A stretch of 64,000 nt of DNA from an uncultured Candidatus Saccharibacteria bacterium. GTDB lineage: Bacteria; Patescibacteriota; Dojkabacteria; J137. Position numbers and translations under genes: made by a program. The notes under the pieces were generated by a model, which saw only the letters and a program-made list of their open reading frames with translations, did not search any database and was not told the origin of the DNA. The first letter of the stretch is position 1; each line of letters begins with the position of its first letter. Below, piece by piece: positions 56,966 to 64,000 of the stretch. Location: assembly GCA_965230975.1 (NCBI GenBank), contig OZ246402.1, positions 37,771-101,770 on the forward strand. Reading direction: 5' to 3'.

Positions 56966-59128
56966 CTACATCTTTTGCAAGTTTGCATACTCAAGCATTA
57001 GCTCTTTTTGACCATGGATTGCCCCAAAATCTATAACCACATTTGTGCCTGTTATCTTTACAACTTTACCCACGCCAAAATATTCGTGTTTTACTTTATC
57101 TCCGCTTTTTAAAGAAACATTCGGAACCCATTCATTGTCTGGTTCAAAAGTACTATCCTCCCATTCAAAATCACTACTCGATTTAACATAAGAGTGATCC
57201 ATCTCTCTTTGAACAAGCTCTGGGTTAATATCTTCGGCAAATCTGGAAAGAGGATTCATTTGAGTAATACCAAAATACTTTCTTTTAACAGCATGTGTTA
57301 AATATAATTGTTGTTTTGCTCTTGTAATAGCAACATAAGCAAGCCTTCTCTCCTCTTCTAACTCTGCTTCATTAAGCATAGAATTTGTGTGAGGGAAAAG
57401 ATTTTCTTCCATACCTACAACAAAAACATGTTCAAATTCTAAACCCTTTGCCGCATGAATAGTCATTAAAGTAACATAGTCTTTTAACTCATCATCCTTT
57501 TGGCTAGAAGCACCTTCTAATAAAGCCACCTCTTCTAAAAACATCTCTAAACCTTCAAGCGGAGGGTCATTTTCAAATTTAGTAGCAACTGAAATAAGTT
57601 CTTTTAAGTTTTCTATTCTAGATTCATTTTCTAAAGTCCCATCTTCAAGCATTTTTACATAACCTGTTTCTTCTAATAGATAGTTAATAAACTGGGCAAC
57701 AGAAAGTTCTGCTGATTTAAATTTAAGACGCTTCATAAGTTCCGAAAACCTACCCATTGCTGGGTGGTCAATAATATTTTTAGAATCCAGTAAGAACTCT
57801 AAAAGGCTTTGCCCTTTTGCTACTGCTTGATTAATGTATGTCATTACAGTTTTTTCACCAATTCCACGCTTTGGAACATTAATAACTCTTTCCAAACTTT
57901 TGTTATCTTTTGGATTATAAATAGATCTTAAATAACTAATTATGTCTTTAATCTCTTTTCTGTCATAGAATCTTAGACCACCAACAATTTTGTAAGGGAT
58001 AGCGCTTGAAATAAAAGCCTCTTCTAAAGACCTGGATTGAGCATTAGTTCTATAAAGAATAGCAATATTGTTATAAGGCATGTCTTTTGCTAATTTTGAT
58101 ATTTTTTCTGTAATCCAGTTGGCTTCGGAAACCTCATCGCTTGCGGTATAAAGAATTATGTTTTCTCCATCGGTATTATCTGTCCAAAGCTTTTTATCTT
58201 TTCGACCACGATTTTTTGAAATTACTTGGTAAGAAGCTTCTAAAATCTTTTTTGTAGACCTGTAATTTTGTTCAAGTTTAACAACTTTTGCATTTGGATA
58301 ATCTTTTTCAAAGTTCAAAATGTTTTTAATTGTTGCCCCTCTAAATGCATAAATGCTTTGATCATCATCACCTACACAACAGATATTTTTATATTCCTGC
58401 GCAAGCTTAGAAATTATTATGTACTGAGCATGGTTTGTATCTTGGTATTCATCTACCAATATATATTTAAACTGTTTTTGATACTTTTCTAAAATATCTG
58501 GAGCTTTTGTAAAGAGTTCTACGGTTTTGAGTAATAAATCGTCAAAATCTACAGCATTATTCTCCCTTAAAATTTGGTTGTACATTGGGTAAACCTCAGC
58601 AACTGTTTGTTGAAAATACCCCTGAGCATATGTAGCATAAGATTCAGAATCCACTAGTTCATTTTTTGCAGATGAGATATATGAATGGATTGCACCAGGA
58701 TTAAAATCCTTTACAGAAATATTAAGACGGGCCATTGCAGCTTTGACTGTTTCGCGCTGGTCAGAAGAATCATAAATTGTGAAATTTTTGCCTAAACCAA
58801 CAACTTCTCCATGGCGCTTTAAAAGCTTTACGCATATAGAATGGAAAGTACCCATCCAAGGCAAGGCGGATTGTTCAGATGCGTCTTGTGGATTAGTTTC
58901 GGTAATAAGTTTAGCAATTCTCTCTTTCATTTCACCGGCAGCTTTGTTAGTAAAGGTCATAGCCAAAATATTTTGAGGACCAGCCAAGCCAGTGTTTAAA
59001 ATAAAGGCGATTCTGTATGTTAAAACTTTGGTTTTACCACTACCTGCGCCGGCAAGCACTAGCAATGGCCCGTCTGTAGTTATAACTGCTTCTTTTTGTG
59101 GTGGATTTAAAGTATCTAGATTAATCAT
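56966..59128 (-). CDS. pcrA: ATP-dependent DNA helicase PcrA/UvrD (SF1)
   Basis: Walker A LVLAGAGSGKT, DEYQDTN, SF1 motifs through VAITRAK; C-terminal Tudor-like tail (GDKVKHEYFGVGKVVKI). Confidence 0.9.
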   Translation of the reverse strand: MINLDTLNPPQKEAVITTDGPLLVLAGAGSGKTKVLTYRIAFILNTGLAGPQNILAMTFTNKAAGEMKERIAKLITETNPQDASEQSALPWMGTFHSICVKLLKRHGEVVGLGKNFTIYDSSDQRETVKAAMARLNISVKDFNPGAIHSYISSAKNELVDSESYATYAQGYFQQTVAEVYPMYNQILRENNAVDFDDLLLKTVELFTKAPDILEKYQKQFKYILVDEYQDTNHAQYIIISKLAQEYKNICCVGDDDQSIYAFRGATIKNILNFEKDYPNAKVVKLEQNYRSTKKILEASYQVISKNRGRKDKKLWTDNTDGENIILYTASDEVSEANWITEKISKLAKDMPYNNIAILYRTNAQSRSLEEAFISSAIPYKIVGGLRFYDRKEIKDIISYLRSIYNPKDNKSLERVINVPKRGIGEKTVMTYINQAVAKGQSLLEFLLDSKNIIDHPAMGRFSELMKRLKFKSAELSVAQFINYLLEETGYVKMLEDGTLENESRIENLKELISVATKFENDPPLEGLEMFLEEVALLEGASSQKDDELKDYVTLMTIHAAKGLEFEHVFVVGMEENLFPHTNSMLNEAELEEERRLAYVAITRAKQQLYLTHAVKRKYFGITQMNPLSRFAEDINPELVQREMDHSYVKSSSDFEWEDSTFEPDNEWVPNVSLKSGDKVKHEYFGVGKVVKITGTNVVIDFGAIHGQKELMLEYANLQKM

Positions 59129-59210
59129 AAAGGGCTAAAAGAAATTAATTCGAATAGTGTTATGTGTTTAAGGTTTTATGTTTAAAAATTATCTTATTAT
59201 ACTAATGCAT

Positions 59211-59225
59211 GTATACCAAGTATTC
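59211..59225. promoter_or_regulatory. second copy of the candidate LexA operator (GTATAC-CAA-GTATTC) upstream of pcrA
   Basis: Matches the lexA-promoter palindrome at 11 of 12 arm positions; about 80 nt upstream of the pcrA start, in a divergent spacer. Confidence 0.4.
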
Positions 59226-59334
59226 TATCATGATAATCTTACAAGAAACTTACAAATTAAACTTTTAAACCGTTTAAAGTAAATGAATTTTGACATGATA
59301 TAATTTCCAAATTAGTTAATTATTATTAATTACA

Positions 59335-60618
59335 ATGCCTCAATCAGACCCAAGTAATTTAGATAGACCGCGACTAGATGAACCTCAAACAACCATTGAT
59401 TTGTATAATGCTTATAACGATTACCTTGGCAAAACTGCAGAAGCCGATGAACTTTATTATGCAAATATAATAAACCAATATCCAAATGAAAAAGCTCGGG
59501 TTTTACAAATTCTTCAACAAAATTTAAGCCTAGTTGTTCTAAAAAATTTAAGTCCTGAAATTCCTGTAGATTATTACTTTTCTATGGCCTTGCATTATGG
59601 AATGCAAAATCTTGCACAAGGATTTGTAGTAAGACCTGAACTATTAACCAGTTTGAATAAATTTGCATACAAAACATTTATTAAGTTTGGTTATAAACTT
59701 ACTGCCTATAATTTTTTTCAAGGTGCTTTTCCAGAAAAACCATATCTGTGGCCTATTTCACTCGGCATTTTTCTGATAGGAAAAGCAAATATTCCACTAA
59801 AGAAGGAAATGTTGCATACTTGGGCAACTCTTCTGAATATTTCAGAATCGAGCCTTGACCGAAACTTCTTAGTTGAAGAGCAAACAGCTTCTATACAGCA
59901 AGCAAAAGAAGACCCCTTGAAGTTTTTCAATAACTTTACAAAGTTACAATCTTCTGAAGTTACACCAGAATTCGAACAACTGGCTTTTGCAATTTTTACA
60001 GAATTATTAAACAGTCAAGATTATGAAAAACTTTCTCTTATAGACATAACAAAGTATGTTAATCATCTAATTGAAATTAACCCGATTCTAGCTGAATATC
60101 TATTAACTGAGGTTTTAGTTAACATGTGGAAAAAACTAGCGGATTTGAATGAAGAAGACTCCTATTACTTAGAATGGGTCATTAGAGAATTATCTGTAAG
60201 TTTTATCCCCTTAATAATTGAAGAACCTCATCTTATAGAGAGGTTTAATATAATCATCGAACCTATTGCTAAAATGTTTCCTAATTTATACTTTGAGATT
60301 TTTTGGAGACTTGGACTCCAAGATGGGATAACACGCAATACAATTAATGTGCTTTTTCCCCAACTATGGAATGCTATTAATCAAGACGTTCTTGGGGTCA
60401 TACTTTGTTTTCAGAATGATTTAAATGAGTTTGAAAAAAGAGATATCCTAATCAATCCTTATTTTAGAGAGTTTTTAAAAAACTTAATTGCTTTGGGATT
60501 GTTTAAAGTAAATGACGATGATACTGGGTTAATTATAAATACAAAGATTCAACCGATCCCTTTTATCTTGGATATTTTAAGGGATATTACTCAAGCTGAA
60601 GCTAACCAAAGTGTTTAG
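59335..60618 (+). CDS. hypothetical protein
   Basis: 427-aa helical-looking ORF, no recognised motif. Confidence 0.4.
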   Translation: MPQSDPSNLDRPRLDEPQTTIDLYNAYNDYLGKTAEADELYYANIINQYPNEKARVLQILQQNLSLVVLKNLSPEIPVDYYFSMALHYGMQNLAQGFVVRPELLTSLNKFAYKTFIKFGYKLTAYNFFQGAFPEKPYLWPISLGIFLIGKANIPLKKEMLHTWATLLNISESSLDRNFLVEEQTASIQQAKEDPLKFFNNFTKLQSSEVTPEFEQLAFAIFTELLNSQDYEKLSLIDITKYVNHLIEINPILAEYLLTEVLVNMWKKLADLNEEDSYYLEWVIRELSVSFIPLIIEEPHLIERFNIIIEPIAKMFPNLYFEIFWRLGLQDGITRNTINVLFPQLWNAINQDVLGVILCFQNDLNEFEKRDILINPYFREFLKNLIALGLFKVNDDDTGLIINTKIQPIPFILDILRDITQAEANQSV

Positions 60619-60676
60619 GAGTGTACACTATTTGCAACATCTATATAGTTATTGCAAATTTAGATATAATACTTAG

Positions 60677-62554
60677 ATGAAACTTGTAGACTTAAGTTTT
60701 AAAAAGAGCAAACTTGGTAGCCACGCGAATTTATATGCATTTGTCTTGACAGGCTTTTTTGCTTTCACGCTTTTGTCTATATCTGCACAAAAAGTAAGCG
60801 CATATATTACCCAAAGGGACTATCAAAGAATATACACTGTTCAAGATGATTACCTACAAGTAAACGAAAAAAAGACCCTAACCATAACCCAAGATAGTTG
60901 GTACATACCTGCAGGTAGCGAAGAAAGTTTTATAATCTTTAATCCTATTGAAGGCGACCCCAAACTTGAAGAAAAGAAAAAACTAACGATAGAATCTATT
61001 CAAGCAACAGATTCTCTTGGAAATACTTTAAAATACACCCTACAAGACTCTGAAAAAGGAAATACTTTAATCTCTATAAAAACAGCCCGGCTTGTAAGAT
61101 ATAACGAACCCTACACCATTCAATTATCTTATAAATCTTATGGGTTACTATTAAAAAGTGGTGCTATAAGAGATGCTTATGTTCCCGCATTTGCAAAAAC
61201 ATATGTATTTGAATCGGACTCAACCAAAGAGATAGTTACTACAAAAGTCATTTCTAGTAAAGGTTTTGGTCCTATAAACTTTTCTGTGCCAAAAGCTCAA
61301 ATAGTAGAAGATGAAAATAATTACACTCTTGAATATACACAAGCAGACTTGGTTGGAGATACAGGATGGATACAAATCGGCAACAAACAATTTTATACTT
61401 TTGAAATAGAACAACCTTATAAAAAAAGCACTGACTTTCCTTTTGCATTTAACACATACAAGATTGTAATTCCCAGAAACATACAAAGTGGTTATATAAG
61501 TCAAAAAGTATTTTTTTCTGAAATATCTCCTTCCCCTCAAAAAATTGAACAAGATTTAGATGGAAATTTAATCGCTTATTTTAAAATACCTGCCCTAGAT
61601 ACCGGATCTATTATCATTAAAGGTTATGCAACAATAGAAGAATCAGAAAGCTTTGATATTAAAGATTCCGGAAGTATTACCGATATACCTAAAGATGTCA
61701 TTAATCGTAATACAAAGAATGGTAAATACTGGGAAGTTGATACTGTCGAAATTAGAAATGTAGCACTTCAAATTAAAGGGTCTGAAACGGACGTTTACAA
61801 AATAATGGAAAAAACTTATCAATATGTTGTTGATAAAATTGACTACAGCGATATTAAGAGATTTGGAATAAACGACAGACAAGGCGCATTAAAAACACTT
61901 CAAGGAGGTGCTGCGGTTTGCATGGAATATTCCGACCTGTTCATTACATTGTTAAGGGCAATGGGAATTCCGGCTCGTGGAGCATTTGGATATGGATACT
62001 CTTCTTTAGATTACCAATCTATAACCGATGGTAGCATTAATCATCAATGGGCAGAAGTTTATTTGCCAAAGCAAAACATTTGGGTTCCTGCAGATACAAC
62101 CTGGGGTGAATCTGGAGATTTACTAATTGGCGGAGATTTAAATCACTTTTATTCTCATGTAGCATCTGTTAACCCTGAAATACCAAGTACAACAGAAGTA
62201 TCTTTTTATGGCAATTCACCAAATTTGGCAGATAGAAAAATGAATGTAGAAATAGTAGAAGAATCTGCAATAAAGGATCTAGGTGGTACAAGCCAAGAAG
62301 AGCTACTTAAACAGTATCCTGAAGATACAAGTTTAGGTGGAGCGTTGCAAAATATAACTGATTCCGCAAAACTATTTTGGGATAGAATAGATTCTCAATA
62401 CAAAACTATTATTGTGGCTGTTATAGTAGTGGTCGTAACAATAATATTGGGTTTTTCAATTTACAAAATAATAAGAAAATATCAAAGCAAGGTTAAACTA
62501 AAGTCTACAATCACTAATTCTTCTGACTTAGAAACTACTAAACCTCAAGATTAA
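60677..62554 (+). CDS. transglutaminase-like cysteine-protease-fold domain protein, membrane anchored at both ends
   Basis: N-terminal TM; core GGAAVCMEYSDLFITLLRAMGIPAR (Cys), HQWAEVY (His), WVPADTTW (Asp); C-terminal TM IIVAVIVVVVTIILGF. Confidence 0.7.
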   Translation: MKLVDLSFKKSKLGSHANLYAFVLTGFFAFTLLSISAQKVSAYITQRDYQRIYTVQDDYLQVNEKKTLTITQDSWYIPAGSEESFIIFNPIEGDPKLEEKKKLTIESIQATDSLGNTLKYTLQDSEKGNTLISIKTARLVRYNEPYTIQLSYKSYGLLLKSGAIRDAYVPAFAKTYVFESDSTKEIVTTKVISSKGFGPINFSVPKAQIVEDENNYTLEYTQADLVGDTGWIQIGNKQFYTFEIEQPYKKSTDFPFAFNTYKIVIPRNIQSGYISQKVFFSEISPSPQKIEQDLDGNLIAYFKIPALDTGSIIIKGYATIEESESFDIKDSGSITDIPKDVINRNTKNGKYWEVDTVEIRNVALQIKGSETDVYKIMEKTYQYVVDKIDYSDIKRFGINDRQGALKTLQGGAAVCMEYSDLFITLLRAMGIPARGAFGYGYSSLDYQSITDGSINHQWAEVYLPKQNIWVPADTTWGESGDLLIGGDLNHFYSHVASVNPEIPSTTEVSFYGNSPNLADRKMNVEIVEESAIKDLGGTSQEELLKQYPEDTSLGGALQNITDSAKLFWDRIDSQYKTIIVAVIVVVVTIILGFSIYKIIRKYQSKVKLKSTITNSSDLETTKPQD

Positions 62555-62596
62555 ACAAAGTTTGTATCTTTGCCTCAATTTTATTAATATATATAC

Positions 62597-63163
62597 ATGG
62601 CAAAGAAATTATTTACTACAATAAATGATGACAACCCGTTTAAAAAACTTTACTCATGGAGTTCACCCGAAAGGCAGTGGTTTAAGAAAGATAGAGCTTG
62701 GTATTTAACTTACTCTTTGTTTTTTATTGTACTTATTGCTTTTTTGGCACTACTTGGTGAATTACTTTTAATCTTGGCTGTTTTGGCATTTGTATTATTG
62801 TGGTTTGTGCAAGGCGCAACTCCTCCACAAATGGTAGAACATACCGTAACCTCTTTGGGTTTAAGAACATTTGAAACTTTCTATAAATGGCAAAATATTA
62901 ATCATTTTTGGTTTTCTAAAAAGGGTAATACTTTGCTATTAAACCTAGAAACTTTTGAAGATAAAAGGCCAGATTATACAAAAAGAATAACTTTATTGTT
63001 AAATGATAATCAAGATGAAGAATTATTTAAAATATTAATAAACTATCTTGATTATGGAGATAAAAAAGAGATAGGGTTTACTCCTTTGACACAAGTAATT
63101 AGCGGTCAATACTTTGACTCTCAAAAATATTTAGACGAATCTAATAGCATTCAAATAAATTAA
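62597..63163 (+). CDS. hypothetical membrane protein
   Basis: 188 aa with two TM helices (LTYSLFFIVLIAFLALLGELLLILAVLAFVLLWFV). Confidence 0.4.
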   Translation: MAKKLFTTINDDNPFKKLYSWSSPERQWFKKDRAWYLTYSLFFIVLIAFLALLGELLLILAVLAFVLLWFVQGATPPQMVEHTVTSLGLRTFETFYKWQNINHFWFSKKGNTLLLNLETFEDKRPDYTKRITLLLNDNQDEELFKILINYLDYGDKKEIGFTPLTQVISGQYFDSQKYLDESNSIQIN

Positions 63164-63250
63164 ATTCCCAATGTTATAATTAAGTGTACATGACACCTTA
63201 GGGCTTTATTGTTCCAAATTTATATTTGGTACAGATATAGTCCCGAGATT

Positions 63251-63324
63251 GCACTGGTAGCTCAATTGGATAGAGCACTTCTTTGCGGAAGAAGCGGTTG
63301 GAGGTTCGAGTCCTCTCTAGTGCA
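63251..63324 (+). tRNA. tRNA-Arg (anticodon GCG)
   Basis: Hand-folded: acceptor GCACTGG/CTAGTGC (one G:T), D-arm GCTC/GAGC, anticodon stem CTTCT/AGAAG with loop TTGCGGA, T-arm GGAGG-TTCGAGT-CCTCT; CCA not encoded; flanked by perfect 8-bp inverted repeat CCCGAGAT/ATCTCGGG. Confidence 0.8.
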
Positions 63325-63431
63325 ATCTCGGGATTTAACACCTTTAGGCTTATTCTTTCACCAATGAACTTCTAATGTTGTTTAAAACTAATTAAGGAAT
63401 TAAAATAGCTTATATATATTTTTTAACATTT

Positions 63432-64000
63432 ATGAAACGAAAAGGAATTATTATAGTAATTTTGATTTTATTAATGTGTTGTATAACAACAACCGCTACA
63501 ACCACTGCTGTTATATTGTTTATTAGAAGCAGAGAAACCGAAACTCTACTTAACCAACAAAGAAATACTGTAGACGAGTCTGCTCAAGAGTCTAATCAAT
63601 CTGAAAATAACAATTCGTTAGATGAAGAAACTTTGCCAAACTATGAAATACAAGATAAGTCTATAATTGAAGATACTGAAAGCTACTCTTTAAATGTAAT
63701 ATACCCTGAATTAATTAATTATACTAATGCTTCAGTTGAAGCTGACTTTAATGACCTAGTTTTTTACAAAGTTAATTCTTTGGTTAGAGAAATTAGATTC
63801 TCTGAACCAAGTGAGATGTCTGCAAAAAATTCACTTGATCTAGACTACTCTGTTATATATCAAACAAATCGTTTCTTAAGCATTATTATTCAAGGCCAAA
63901 TGTATACTGGCGGTGCACATCCAAACCCAGTAGTTATAACTATTAACTATGATTTTGAATTAAATAAAGACTTAGCTTTAAAAGATCTATTTATAGCCGG
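63432..64000 (+). CDS. DUF3298/DUF4163 (RsiV/PdaC-like) domain protein, partial (C-terminus beyond window end)
   Basis: N-terminal TM (IIIVILILLMCCITTTATTTAVILFI). Characteristic block QGQMYTGGAHPNP of DUF3298. Frame is open to position 64000. Confidence 0.6.
   Translation, partial: MKRKGIIIVILILLMCCITTTATTTAVILFIRSRETETLLNQQRNTVDESAQESNQSENNNSLDEETLPNYEIQDKSIIEDTESYSLNVIYPELINYTNASVEADFNDLVFYKVNSLVREIRFSEPSEMSAKNSLDLDYSVIYQTNRFLSIIIQGQMYTGGAHPNPVVITINYDFELNKDLALKDLFIA

Overview
This is a 64 kb AT-rich (about 33% GC), gene-dense bacterial window with short intergenic spacers and about 60 protein genes. It resembles a small-genome Gram-positive-like or candidate-phyla-type organism, but that is an inference from gene content only. 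Core housekeeping genes can be identified with confidence: ctc/rplY, yidC, ruvX-mltG, lexA, fmt, type-2 ileS, lepB, parAB, rny, rpoD, ftsQ-ftsA-ftsZ, rpsO, trmD and pcrA. Three RNA classes are missing from the ORF track. There is a tmRNA (ssrA, minus strand, 9470..9929) with a G3:U wobble acceptor stem and its own terminator. There are three tRNAs (Asn-GTT, Pro-TGG, Arg-GCG), two of them embedded in perfect 8-9 bp leader/trailer inverted repeats. Strong Rho-independent terminators follow rny, rpoD, rpsO and ssrA. The track also omits a long partial ORF that runs off the window start (1..1850, minus). The less ordinary content falls into six items. (1) A tight minus-strand operon (5246 down to 1) encodes a second FtsA/PilM-like actin ATPase, a 710-aa bitopic membrane protein and a large uncharacterised protein. 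(2) A Lon-homologous AAA+ ATPase is cleanly truncated at both domain boundaries, with no N-terminal substrate domain and no protease domain; it is followed by an unknown 146-aa partner, and a convergent gene fuses a nucleoside-2-deoxyribosyltransferase-like domain to a ribbon-helix-helix. (3) A response-regulator receiver domain is fused to a two-TM extracytoplasmic protein and is directly coupled to a 1821-aa beta-helix surface giant that carries an internal duplication and TM-interleaved transthyretin-like domains. (4) A single-chain HEPN-nucleotidyltransferase protein and a Phd/PIN pair lie in the same accessory neighbourhood. (5) A candidate LexA operator (GTATAC-N3-GTATAC) lies upstream of lexA and recurs upstream of pcrA/uvrD. 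(6) A 2.5-unit tandem repeat with internal dyads occupies the comF/ruvX divergent promoter. No CRISPR array, integrase or transposase was seen.
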